Shown in pieces: positions 52,486 through 64,000 of a DNA stretch of 64,000 nt. The DNA is from Octopus vulgaris (lineage: Eukaryota). Positions within the stretch are counted from its first letter, which is position 1; every line of letters begins with the position of its first letter. The notes under the pieces are model-generated. The model was not told the origin of the DNA, searched no databases, and worked only from the letters and a program-made list of their open reading frames with translations. The translations under genes and the position numbers were made by a program. The DNA lies in contig OX597831.1 of assembly GCA_951406725.2 (NCBI GenBank), positions 26,598,001 through 26,662,000 of the forward strand. The letters are read 5' to 3'.

Positions 52486-53640
52486 CCCAACTAATTAGGG
52501 AGAGAGTTAGTTTAATGAGATGCAGTTTGGGTTTGTACCAGGGAAAAGCACCACTGATGTTATATTTCTGGTAAGACAGCTGCAGGTGAAATACCTAGCC
52601 AAAGATAAACCTCTGTCCCTGGCTTTTGTAGACATGGGAAAGCCTTTGACAGGGTCCCACAATTCCTTATCTGGTGGTCAACGCAGAAACTAGGGATAGA
52701 TGAGTGGTTAGTGAGAGCTGTACAAGCCATGTACAGGTATGCTGTCAGTAAGGTTATGGTTGGCCACAAGTATACTGAAGAATTCTGGGTCGGGATAGGG
52801 GTCCACCAAGGATCAGCCTTCAGCCCCTTCTTATTCATCATAGTTCTCCAGGGAATAACAGAGGAATTCAAGTCAAGATGCATCTGGGAGCTTCTCTATG
52901 CTGATGACCTTGCTCTGGTAGCTGAGTCACTATCAGAACAAGAGAAGTTTCAGGTGTGGAAGCAAGGTCTAGAATCGAAGGAAGGCAGACAAATCACAAA
53001 TCCCTTCAGGCAGATGACCCTGCTTGATATGTAGAAAAGGCATAGGTAGTAACTCCATAAGATGTACCCGGTGTAAGCTATGGATACATAGGACGTGCAG
53101 CAATATCAAAGGAAGGTTAACTGAGAAGATAGTTTTTGTGTGTGGCAAATGTTCAGGAGCAATAAACACTGAAAATGTGCTGAAAACAGCTTCCATCACA
53201 TTCCAGGGGGAAAAACTGGAAGTAGTTGACAGCTTCCATTACCTAGGTGACTAAGTCAGTAGTGGGGGTGGTTGCTCTGAAAGTGTAGCTGCTAGAATAC
53301 GAATAGCCTGAGCAAAGTTCAGAGTACTCCTACCTCTGCTGGTAACAAAGGGCCTTTCGCTCCGAGTAAAAGGTAGACTATATGATGCATGAGTACGAAC
53401 AGCCATGCTACATGGCAGTGAAACATGGGCTGTGACTGCTGAGGACATGCGTAAGCTTGCAAGGAATGAAGCTAGTATGCTCCTCTGGTTGAGTAATGTC
53501 AGTGTGCATACACAACAGAGTGTAAGCACTCTGAGAGTAAAGTTGGACATAAGAAGCATCAGGTGTGGTGTGCAAGAGAGATGACTGCACTGGTATGGTC
53601 ATGTGTTGCATATGGATGAGGACAGCTGTGTGAAATAGTG
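52483..53640 (+). pseudogene. RTE-clade LINE ORF2 pseudogene (RT with C4HC3 finger insertion)
   Basis: GVHQGSAFSPFLF, ELLYADDL, CLIC..CTRC..HRTC..CGKC, VVDSFHYLGD, LLHGSETW, LHWYGHV; stops and frameshifts. Confidence 0.92.
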
Positions 53641-53930
53641 ACTTATATCCGATATCTTCACAGACAACATTTCTGACTGTTCTTTCTGACACTTGGAGAT
53701 CTTTTTGAAATTGATCTCATGGACTTTCTGGGATTGTAATCAATCATCTGTTGAACTTGCTGGATAAATTCAGGTGATTTCAGAGTATTTAGAATGCTTT
53801 TTATGCTCTAATACTGGTGATACATTTCCATCTTCAGTCTCTAACTCCTTACGAACTTTGTAGACAAAAGATCTGGCAACTTTTAAAAATCAAGATATTT
53901 CTAAATTGCTATGTTCAGCCTTTATAAAAT
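53641..53930 (-). pseudogene. Tc1/mariner transposase N-terminal (HTH) fragment
   Basis: Minus strand LKVARSFVYKVRKEL...NPRKSMRSISK.LQVSERTVRNVVCEDIGYKS. Confidence 0.7.
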
Positions 53931-54368
53931 ATATAATATATATTTATATCATCATCATTATCATCATCATTTAACATCCATGCTAGCATGGGTTGGATGA
54001 TTTGACTGAGGTCTGGCGAACCAGATGGCTGCACCATATATATTTATATACACATAAATACATAAATGACATATATATTTATATACACATGATCATCATC
54101 ATCATCATTGCTTTAATATCACTCTTCCATGTAGCTGGATATCCGATATGTTGCTAAGCATCAACTGTTTCCAAGTAAGGTAATATCTTCCTATGACAAG
54201 ACACGTCTTCATGGAACATTGGAAACACAGCAGAGTGCTTACGTGGTCCATTTACGGATATCATACAAAATCAAAGCAAGGAAACAGTAGAACAAAGAAA
54301 TACATACACACATCCACACACACACAAGCACACACACATACATATACACACATATAAATATTATATGC

Positions 54369-54399
<31 letters not shown>

Positions 54400-54449
54400 T
54401 ATATATATACACACATACACATATATACATATATATACATACACATACA

Positions 54450-54483
<34 letters not shown>

Positions 54484-54711
54484 CATACATACATATGTTT
54501 TATATATGTGTGTGTAAAGGTAAGATCCAAGGATCAAAGTGTAGGAAGTCAAACAGTCCATAGAAGATATAAAAAACAACTTTCAGGAACAAAAGTGGTT
54601 TATTGGCATACGAGGTTGTGAATTTTTCCCATATTGTGGTACGATAATCTGAAAAATGTTAATATCATAGTTCACAGTTAGCAACAGGGGTTCTTGTATA
54701 TGTGAATAAAC

Positions 54712-55182
54712 ATTTCAAAAATTAGAGAATGAAGCTGATAAAATCCAGGCTACATATGTTTCATTGCTAGTGGAACCTCAGAAGTAGGAAATTATCCAAA
54801 TGAGGGTGAAACTGCAAGCTACGCTTCAGGCTAAAAATACCTTAATTATATGAAGTTTACTTTGTCAATGGGAGATCCTGTCTTAATTCATTGAGGATTC
54901 GATTGAAATACATAGAAAATACAGTTTGAGAGGAAGACATAGTCGTGAAGAAGAAATAGAAATAAAAGAACTATACTTTCTATGCATTTTGATCGAATTT
55001 CCAATGCATTAACACAGGATCTCCCAACGACAATGTAAACTTCATGTAATCAAATTATTCTTGGCCTCAAGAGTGGTTTGCAGTCCAACCCTCATTTGGA
55101 TAATTACTACTTCTGAGGTTTCGCTAGCTATGAAACATGTGTAGCCTGGATTTTATCTATTCCATTCCCTAATTTTTGAAAT
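54712..55182. mobile_element. Foldback element with ~200-bp imperfect inverted arms
   Basis: TTTCAAAAATTAG.GAATG...GATAAAATCCAGGCTACA.ATGTTTCAT mirrored at the right end. Confidence 0.75.
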
Positions 55183-55204
55183 ATATATATATAATCCTTC
55201 ACCG

Positions 55205-55400
55205 AATATATATATATATATATGCCATGCTGGACCACTTAACTCAACACATCTTTTTTCATTCTCTCTTTATTTATTTCCTCTTATTCCTTTCTGTTGA
55301 AGAGCATAGGCTCAAAACATAAAAGACTTTTTCCATTTTTTTCTAGTGTCATATATTTATATTTACATAATATTGAGGTCTCTTTCTTTCTTTTGTTATC
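55205..55400 (+). mobile_element. Family E element (decayed hammerhead-like motif)
   Basis: CCTTT-CTGTTGA-A-GAGC-ATAG-GCTC-AAAAC-ATA-AAAG; boundaries approximate. Confidence 0.55.
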
Positions 55401-55414
55401 TTACCATTTTTACC

Positions 55415-55520
<106 letters not shown>

Positions 55521-55994
55521 TCATATATATATTATTATTATTATTGTTGTTGTTATTATTAAGATGATGATGTATAAGTGTGTTTATATGTTGATATTTG
55601 TATGTCTATATGTGTGTGTGTGTGTGTGTGTCTGCATTTGGCAGAGAGAGAAAGAGAGAGAGAGAGAGGGAGTGAGAAATTGACAACTATTTTCTAGGGT
55701 TAACACTTGTATTGAGGATTCTCCGTTTTTCCTTTTTAGCAACAAGCCAAAGCCAACCTCTTCATGATTGCTGAGAAATATCAAGCATCATTTATCAAAC
55801 AATTTTAAAGTCTGGTGATAATAAATAATAAACAGACAGAACAGAATTCCACTGATTCTGGCCTCGAATCTTTTTTGAAAAATCACCAATAACATCCATC
55901 ATTGCAATTATTTCTTCCAGAAGACTGGAAAATTTTTCGAAAATGTTTAATGGATGTAGTATATTTATGGTTCCATACAGAAAATAAGCAAATA

Positions 55995-56412
55995 GGCATA
56001 GGAGTGGCTGTGCGGTAAGTAGCTTGCTTACGAACCACATGGTTCTGGGTTCAGTCCCACTGCGTGGCAACTTGGGCAAGTGTCTTCTACTATAGCCTTG
56101 GGCCGACCAAAGCCTTGTGAGTGGATTTGGTAGACGGAAATTGAAAGAAGCCCGTCGTGTATATGTATATATAAATGTATGCGTGTGTGTGTATGTTTGT
56201 GTGTCTGTGTTTGTCACACACCCCCCCGCCCCCCAACATCGTTTGACAACTGATGCTGGTGTGTTTACATCCCCGTAACTTAGCGGTTCAGCAAAAGAGA
56301 CCGATAGAATAAGTACTAGGCTTACAAAGAATAAGTCCTGGGGGGTCGATTTGCTCGACTAAAGGCGGTGCTCCAGCATGGCCACAGTCACATGACTGAA
56401 ACAAATAAAAGA
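55995..56412 (+). mobile_element. SINE family A
   Basis: Head, core, tail. Confidence 0.9.
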
Positions 56413-56469
56413 GTAACAAATATAAAAATATGAAAAATAATTAACAAAAAAATTTAACCTTTTATGTTG

Positions 56470-56690
56470 CAACTAGTCTCCACAGAAGAGTTGATGCCAG
56501 TGCTGGTGCCACATAGGAAGCACCCAGTACATTCTCTGGAATGGTTGGCGTTAGGAAGGGCATCCAACCATAGGAACCATACCAAAGAGAATATTGGAGC
56601 CTGGTGTGGACTCAGGCCTCACTAGATCCGGTCAAACTGTCTAACCCATGCCAGCATGGGAAATAGACATTAAATAATGATGATGATGAT
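56470..56690 (+). mobile_element. RTE LINE 3' tail
   Basis: GGTTGGCGTTAGGAAGGGCATCC...(GAT)n. Confidence 0.8.
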
Positions 56691-57099
56691 GACTGACGAC
56701 ACACACACACACATATGTATATAAATCCTTAAAAATGTTTTAGCCCGAAGGCCGCAACCATGCTGGGGTACCACCGTTCAAATTTATAGAAAAACAAAGG
56801 TCTTTGTGAGTGGATTTGGTAGACGGAAACTGAAAGAAGCCCGTCGTATATGTGTGTGTGTGTGTGTGTATTTGTGTGTCTTTGTACCTGCAACATTGCT
56901 TGACATCCGATGCTGGTGTGTTTACATCCCCATAACTTAGCAGTTCAGCAAAAGAGACCAATAGAGCAAGTACTAGGCTTACAAAGAATAAGTCCTGGGG
57001 TCGATCTGCTCAACTAATGGCTATGCTCCAGCATGGCCACAGTCAAATGATTGAAACATGTAAAAGAATAAAAGAATATAAATATGTATATATACATGT

Positions 57100-57158
<59 letters not shown>

Positions 57159-57360
57159 CTGCTTTGGTATGGTTTCTCTGGTTAAATACATTTCCTAACA
57201 CCAACCACTTTACAGAATATTCTGGATGCTTTTACACATGGTTCCAAAATCTGAATGGTAATCCCCTTTACTGCTAATTTGGTCATCTATGTAGCAGAAC
57301 CTTGGTAACAGAAGTTAACAGTTTCTTCAATGGAACCTTCTAAGTAACTGAAAGAATATA

Positions 57361-57594
57361 TATTTCTTTACTGCCCACAAGGGGCTAAACATAGCGGGGA
57401 CAAACAAGGACAGACAAAGGGATTAAGTCGATTACATCGACCCCAGTGCGAAACTGGTACTTTATTTATCGACCCCGAAAGGATGAAAGGCAAAGTCGAC
57501 CTTGGCGGAATTTGAACTCAGAACGTAACAACAGACGAAATACTGTTAAGCATTTCGCCCGGCGCGCTCACGTTTCTGCCAGCTCACCGCCTTA
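57361..57594 (-). mobile_element. SINE family B, monomer
   Basis: TSD TAACTGAAAGAATATA (from 57345 and 57595). Confidence 0.9.
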
Positions 57595-58208
57595 TAACTG
57601 AAAGAATATATATTTCATTTGAACTGACTTTAATTGCAAATGTTCCTCCATTATGCTGCAGAAAACTGGGGTTTTTTTAAATTCTTCTTTAATATCTGAA
57701 ACAGAGAAAGAACACAAGAAGAAATTTCAGTGATTTAACTCTAGCGGAAAAATGGAGTACAGTGACAATATTGAAAACTGGGCCTTTGGTGTCATTTAAG
57801 CTATATTTCAATGAACGCCAACAGTCTCAAATATAGTTTGATAGAGCAAGAAGAAATTTAAGTGAATTGACTTGAATAGGAACTGAGACTGCAACCACTT
57901 TATTTAATGTGTTGTTACCATATTTCTGTTGGAAAAAAAGTAGTTCTTTCATTTAGTTTTGGAAACAAAGAAGAATGCAGGAAAATGATTTTGTTGTTAT
58001 GAAGCTGAGGTTTGAAACAAATTAAGCATGGAATTTTAAGGGGAAATTGTAATTCAGATCACTTTAAAATTGAAAGAATTTTTCTAGAGAACCAAGAGTA
58101 GTTTCAGGTTGGTTGGTAGCAAAAGAGTTAAACACTGGAAACAAGGGAAGGAGCTTGTTTGACAAGCTAGAAATAGCAGTCAAATCTCCTTCAAATCACA
58201 CCTTAACC

Positions 58209-58728
58209 CAGAGGTTCTCAAACTTTTGGGGCCATCGCTCCCCTCATGACTACATAATACCCCCAGTGCCCCCACTCCTGTTTTTATGTAGCATGGAATT
58301 TTGTCAGTGAACAGGTCGCGGTTTCAAAGTGACAAAAATATTTTGGCAAATTAAATTTAAATGTTGAAGTGAATCTAACGGTTTTTGTGTGTTTCTTAAA
58401 TGGCTTATAAACACCTTCCATGCTGCAATTGTTTTCGTTCCAGCACACGATCTCTGATCAGGTCACTTGCTATGCAAGTACATCTCCATAATATATAAAT
58501 TATATTTTACTAATTTATATATACTATGAATCATTTGATATTTAATATATTATATAATTTGTATACAGCACTATAATAATAATATAATAAATTCATAGCA
58601 TCCCCCCAATCCACTACCTTCCTCCCAACACCTCCTTTTAAATCTACACCGCCACTTAGGCACCAGTGCCCACTTGGGCCGTCTCACCGACTACTGGTGG
58701 GTGGTAATGCCAACTTTGAGAACCTATG
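58209..58728. mobile_element. hAT-type (Charlie-like) MITE
   Basis: TIRs CAGAGGTTCTCAAACTT / AACTTTGAGAACCTATG; 8-bp TSD CCTTAACC / CTTTAACC. Confidence 0.85.
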
Positions 58729-59169
58729 CTTTAACCGCTTAAAAAGAGATTAGTTGGTCAAAAACGGGATGCATTTGATCATTGGTCAAGCAGCTCTGGA
58801 TTGACCTTGAGGACTGGAGAACAACACATGTGGGCCTTATTATTGCCCCATGGTGGCTATATGAGCTAAGGACCACGAGAAATCGGAACCTGAGACCAAA
58901 GTACTAAATGAGTTCTTTCCAGAATAAACATTTCTTTTGAGTATCTGAGAGTATTTACACAATTTAAAAATATCACGCTGCTATGGTGAAGAGTTTCAAT
59001 GGGAAGGATCAGATGGCAAAAAGGGATGAGATTTTGCAGGGAGCAGGTAGGAGGGTTTGTTGTCTTTTGGTAAGAAAACAAGAAGAAAGGATCAGGTAAC
59101 ACTGAGATGGTGGTTCAAGGTATGGCTTTGTAAACATTAAATGGTTGAGGTATTGGTGTATCAAGGACC

Positions 59170-59950
59170 TATACACACGTGTATGTTATGTGAGTGTGTG
59201 TGTGTGTGTATGTGAGCATATGTGTGCAATTGTGTATGTGTGTGTGTGTGTGCATGAGTGTGTGAGCATGCCAGAGTGTGCATGTGTGCAAGTGTGTGTG
59301 TGTGTGTGTGTGTGCATGAGTGTGTGAGCATGTCAGTGTGTATGTGAGCATGTCAGTGTGTGCATGTGTGTGTGTGTGAGTGTGTGTGTTAGTGAGTATG
59401 AATGTGGGTGAGAGTATGTGAATGCCAGTGTGAAGGGGAGGTGCATGTGGATGTGTGTGAATGTGTGCTCGGTGTGTGTCTGCATGTATGCATGTGTTGG
59501 TGTCTTTGTGTTGTGCATAAGTGCGTATGCATGTGCATGTGAGTGTGTGTGTATGCATGTGTGTGTGTGAATGGTGTGAGCATGTCAGTGTATGAATGTA
59601 TGTGTGAATATATGTGTGAATGTGTGCAATGTGTGAGTGTGTGTGTGTACATAAATGTGTGCGCATGTGAGTGTGCATGTGTAATGTGTATGTGTATGCA
59701 TGCGTGTGTATGTGTGTACGTTTGTGTACAATATGCGGGTGTGTGAATGTAGCTGTGTGTGTGTGTGTGTGTATAAGTGTGTGCATGTGCATATGTGTGT
59801 AAGTGTGTGTGAATGTCTGTGTGCATCATATATATCATGTGAAAGTGTGTGTGTATGTAAATATGCGTGTGTGCATGCGTGTGTAGATGTGTGTGAATTG
59901 TGGGTATAATGTGTATGTGTGTACATGTGTGTGTGTGTGTGTGTGTGTGT
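59170..59950. repeat. Long degenerate (TG)n-derived low-complexity tract
   Basis: Direct reading. Confidence 0.9.
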
Positions 59951-60277
59951 CTTGTTCCAAGATAGAATGATTGTATAGGTGCTTACCAAGAATGTTTAAA
60001 TAGAAGTAAAAGAAATATTTTGATATACTTTAAGGAATCTGTTAACTTATCAGAGAAAGAGGGAGAGAGAGAGATAGAAAGAAAGAGAGAGAGAGAGAGA
60101 AAGAGATACAGCTGAAGAGGCATGAGAGAGTATAGGGGACACAATTACTATGTAGGAGAATGTGCGGGGCAGGTGATAAGATAGAAGGTCAGGCTGATGG
60201 ATGGATGGATATAGGCAGAGAGGTAGATAGATAGATAGATAGATAGACAGAGATTTGACTGCTATATATACTTATAT

Positions 60278-60431
60278 AGGTGCAGGTGTGGCTGTGTGGT
60301 AAGAAGCTTGCTTCCCAACCACATGGTTCCGGGTTCAGCCCCACTGCATGGCACCTTCTACTATAGCTTCAGGCTAACCAAAGCTTTGTGAGAGGACTTG
60401 GTAGACGGTCATTGAAAGAAGCCCATCGTAG

Positions 60432-60462
<31 letters not shown>

Positions 60463-60625
60463 TGTATGTTTGCCCCTCCCCCCTAATAGCTTGACAACCG
60501 ATGCTGGTGTATTTACGGACCTGAAACCTAGCGGTTTGGCATAAAAATCTGATAGAATAAGTATTAGGCTTACAAAAGTAAGTCCTAGGGTCGATTTGTT
60601 TGACTGCATGAAACAAGTAAAAGAG
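60278..60625 (+). mobile_element. SINE family A, diverged
   Basis: Head and tail with internal deletions. Confidence 0.8.
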
Positions 60626-60650
60626 CATGTGTGTCAGTAGTTATGTATAC

Positions 60651-60691
<41 letters not shown>

Positions 60692-60699
60692 GTTAGCAA

Positions 60700-60810
60700 C
60701 TACACACATTTTTTTTCTCTCCTTGTTTTTTCTGTGTACCTTTCTGTAGAAGGGTGTAGGCTCGAAACGTAAAAATGTTTTTCTATTCCTGAGCGTTATA
60801 CCAATACATC
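60700..60810 (+). mobile_element. Family E element, interrupted by the LTR element
   Basis: Nearly identical to 19630-19730 up to ATACATC, where the LTR begins. Confidence 0.75.
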
Positions 60811-61419
60811 TGTAGTGATCCGACAACGGCGCGCGCTCGCGCAACGCCCATTTGTATTTCGCGCGTGTTGGTGCCTTTACCAAGGCACAGAAAGGAAGGC
60901 CCTCTCGCGCATGCGCGAACCACCGGTAGCACGACCCTATTGCCTACGTAGCAGTTAGCGAGGCAAGGGGGTCGTAGAACGTTTGACCGCTAGCGTCCAG
61001 CAAGCGGTGACTTGGGACCCAGCGATTGACGGCGACGGTCACGCATATATTCTCTCCATTCGAACGGATTCTAGCAGTCCTTTGGCCGAAGACTTTTAAC
61101 CAAAATTGTTGCAGACCAACATCGTCTCCATTGTTCGACGCCATCTTGGACCCTTTCTGTTTTCATCGGCTGGACATTGTAAATATTACAATCTATGAAC
61201 TTTCAGCCTTGCGCGCCCAGAATCAAGGACATCAGATAACACACTTATTGTTATTGTTTACCAAGAAAGAGAATAAAGTAGTTATATGTATATTTTACGT
61301 CTGCGTCTTGTTGTTTCTGACTTGTAGAATTCTGGATTATTAAAGTAACGGCTAGTGAGAGATTGCTTTGTGCACCCCAAAAGTCCACGAGGATAGACAC
61401 TCACACTAAGTTCGTTTCA
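60811..61419 (+). repeat. LTR 1 (609 bp)
   Basis: TGTAGTGA...CGTTTCA; TATA-like CATATAT ~61044, CGCCATCTTG motif, AATAAA 61272-61277. Confidence 0.85.
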
Positions 61420-61420
61420 C

Positions 61421-61438
61421 TGGTGACCCCGACGTGAT
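61421..61438 (+). promoter_or_regulatory. Primer binding site complementary to tRNA-Trp 3' end
   Basis: TGGTGACCCCGACGTGAT is the reverse complement of ATCACGTCGGGGTCA-CCA; 1 nt after LTR end. Confidence 0.9.
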
Positions 61439-62958
61439 TCTGGTCTAAAACCAGAGATCACTTATCAACAAAAAAATCCAGTTTTTCTGCGAAGTCGGAA
61501 CACGATTTAACTCTACGCATCAACTTTCGACGATTTGTTTCCGTCCTCTCGGACCGTTATAGAAGGAGCCTCTTTCTTATTCTACAGCCATGATGACGGA
61601 CGCCATCATCTATTCGATGCCTTTTCTCCACCTTCGTCATCATCATCGTCGTCTTTCTACTTCACGTCGTCGCTATCTTCGTCGCCATCATCACTAAGAA
61701 CGATGTTGTCCCAAGTCCACTACAGTCGCCTTCCACCACCAACGTCGCCTTTCAACACCGTCGACCTCCACCAAGATGTACATAGCAACTCGCGGAAGTT
61801 TGGTCCACTTGCCGTTTGTGCATATGCACACCAAGGATAAACAGCACCGTCTATCTACGAGATTTCTTCTGTTCCAGTTAACCTGTCACAGCATTGAAGC
61901 CACAACCGTTACACGATATGTGTTCAACCGGCATCTGCATTTTGTGATTTCAACATTTCTGTTACAGAACGAACTGCTATTGTACATCAGGCTATTATAG
62001 ACTGGTAAACTAATTCCATTGTCTGGAATAGCCCGAGAGACATTTTTTCTATGCGCTGTATGTTTTTATATTTTGCTCGCATTCACCTTGTATGTATTTC
62101 TGTCGCACACACGTACACACACATAAATGCTCTCTCTCACATACATACGTCACACATGCTTTTCTCGCTTGTTTTTTTTTACATGCTAAATTTGCCTTTT
62201 GTGGACACCCCTCATTTCTATAGACCCTGGCGGTCACGTATACATAGAGAGGGTTGTTTGTCCATTATAACGCGCCAGCATGTCATACTTTTGTTCCTAT
62301 ACGAACGAAGCATATAATCGCTTAACCACTGGCATATTCATTTGCTGTTTTTTCGGTCTGGCAAGCACTATTGCATTTCATGCGCCTTTTGCTTCGCACG
62401 TGTATTGCCTTGTTTTTGCAACACGTTTGCGCTAGATTAATTCCTTTCCCGACTCATAGACGTCGGATGTTCAAATGCGCTGCGCCGATTTATAGGCGTA
62501 ATTATTTTTCCCTGTTAGACCACTGTTGGTCACGTAATTAACAGAAAATTATCTGTGTCGTGCATCACACCAGCATGTTTGCACTTTTGCCTTTTGTGTT
62601 ACTAGCGATCTTCTGTCAATTCCATTTCCTCTCCTGCAGAAATTGATTTAACTGCTATTTTGCAGGATCAACCACCTTTAGAGAAGTTGGATTTTAATTT
62701 CGCCTAGGTTCAATAACTGTGAGTTCTGCCTTTTCTTCCGCTCCTTTCAGCGGAAGGGTTTATACTTTGTGACGTATACACTTTCATGCATGCACTCTTG
62801 ATTTTTGCTCATTGAGTATTTTTTCTCTTTTTCCTTTAGTAAATTTCTTGTGTATGTTATAAATTTTGCCATTATATTATTGTGTGCTATTTGGTTATCT
62901 GGTGTCCACCTTGAGTTTTGCAGTCACTACAATAAGTTTCCTTTCGTGCGTACGCACT

Positions 62959-62967
62959 GGAGGGGAG
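62959..62967 (+). promoter_or_regulatory. Polypurine tract
   Basis: GGAGGGGAG, 2 nt before the TGTAG start of LTR 2. Confidence 0.75.
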
Positions 62968-62969
62968 CC

Positions 62970-63376
62970 TGTAGTGATCCGACAACGGCGCGCGCTCGCG
63001 CATATATTCTCTCCATTCGAACGGATTCTAGCAGTCCTTTGGCCGAAGACTTTTAACCAAAATTGTTGCAGACCAACATCGTCTCCATTGTTCGACGCCA
63101 TCTTGGACCCTTTCTGTTTTCATCGGCTGGACATTGTAAATATTACAATCTATGAACTTTCAGCCTTGCGCGCCCAGAATCAAGGACATCAGATAACACA
63201 CTTATTGTTATTGTTTACCAAGAAAGAGAATAAAGTAGTTATATGTATATTTTACGTCTGCGTCTTGTTGTTTCTGACTTGTAGAATTCTGGATTATTAA
63301 AGTAACGGCTAGTGAGAGATTGCTTTGTGCACCCCAAAAGTCCACGAGGATAGACACTCACACTAAGTTCGTTTCA
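62970..63376 (+). repeat. LTR 2 (407 bp; 202-bp U3 deletion)
   Basis: Matches LTR 1 except for loss of 60844-61045. Confidence 0.85.
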
Positions 63377-63377
63377 C

Positions 63378-63395
63378 TGGTGACCCCGACGTGAT
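63378..63395 (+). promoter_or_regulatory. Second tRNA-Trp PBS
   Basis: TGGTGACCCCGACGTGAT after LTR 2. Confidence 0.9.
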
Positions 63396-64000
63396 TCTGG
63401 TCTAAAACCAGAGATCACTTATCAACAAAAAAATCCAGTTTTTCTGCGAAGTCGGAACACGATTTAACTCTACGCATTCAACTTTCGACGATTTGTTTCC
63501 GTCCTCTCGGACCGTTATAGAAGGAGCCTCTTTCTTATTCTACAGCCATGATGACGGACGCCATCATCATCTATTCGATGCCTTTTCTCCACCTTCGTCA
63601 TCATCATCGTCGTCTTTCTACTTCACGTCGTCGCTATCTTCGTCGCCATCATCACTAAGAACGATGTTGTCCCAAGTCCACTACAGTCGCCTTCCACCAC
63701 CAACGTCGCCTTTCAACACCGTCGACCTCCACCAAGATGTACATAGCAACTCGCGGAAGTTTGGTCCACTTGCCGTTTGTGCATATGCACACCAAGGATA
63801 AACAGCACCGTCTATCTACGAGATTTCTTCTGTTCCAGTTAACCTGTCACAGCATTGAAGCCACAACCGTTACACGATATGTGTTCAACCGGCATCTGCA
63901 TTTTGTGATTTCAACATTTCTGTTACAGAACGAACTGCTATTGTACATCAGGCTATTATAGACTGGTAAACTAATTCCATTGTCTGGAATAGCCCGAGAG

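Larger units (their letters stand above)
60811..64000 (+). mobile_element. Young non-autonomous Gypsy-like LTR retrotransposon in tandem (LTR-int-LTR-int..., runs off window)
   Basis: TG...CA LTRs, tRNA-Trp PBS twice, PPT, 1550-bp internal region without gag/pol ORF, near-identical copies, CpG-rich. Confidence 0.88.

Noticed and set aside
55740-55925. Candidate exons on both strands (QQAKANLF...*, LLEEIIAMMDVIGDF...)
   Set aside because: Mutually incompatible, short, no homology that I can recognise.
60811-62931. A 2.1-kb LTR ending at GTCACTACA (inverted match to TGTAGTGA) with only a 38-bp internal region
   Set aside because: The perfect tRNA-Trp PBS at 61421 fixes the LTR end at 61419; the CACTACA match is treated as coincidental.
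61535-63961. ORFs of 74-144 aa inside the LTR element (e.g. MFPSSRTV..., MPLYYC...)
   Set aside because: No gag, protease, RT or integrase motif; identity between copies only reflects the recent duplication.

Overview
Eukaryotic, AT-rich, repeat-saturated non-coding DNA (intronic or intergenic). It is most likely from an octopus; this is inferred from the SINE/RTE repertoire and extreme microsatellite load, not from a database match. No intact host protein-coding gene can be supported, and nearly all ORFs in the track are microsatellite or SINE artefacts. Content: many tRNA-derived SINEs (family A, CORE-like, with an internal microsatellite; family B, with 1-3 tandem internal units; two other tRNA-headed families), RTE-clade LINE remnants, a CR1-like RT fragment, mariner/Tc1 fragments, MITEs of Tc1/pogo, piggyBac, hAT and Helitron type, an intron-containing tRNA-Leu pseudogene fused to a retroposon tail, and a very young tandem non-autonomous Gypsy-like LTR element with a perfect tRNA-Trp PBS at the right end. 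The most striking signal is a set of short, microsatellite-embedded elements from several sequence-unrelated families that carry hammerhead ribozyme folds. Two are near-perfect palindromes (44245-44467, 45246-45444), one is a 1.25-unit partial tandem (50931-51508), and three copies carry a variant core. They resemble non-autonomous Penelope-like or retrozyme-like elements. Ribozyme activity is predicted from manual folding only.
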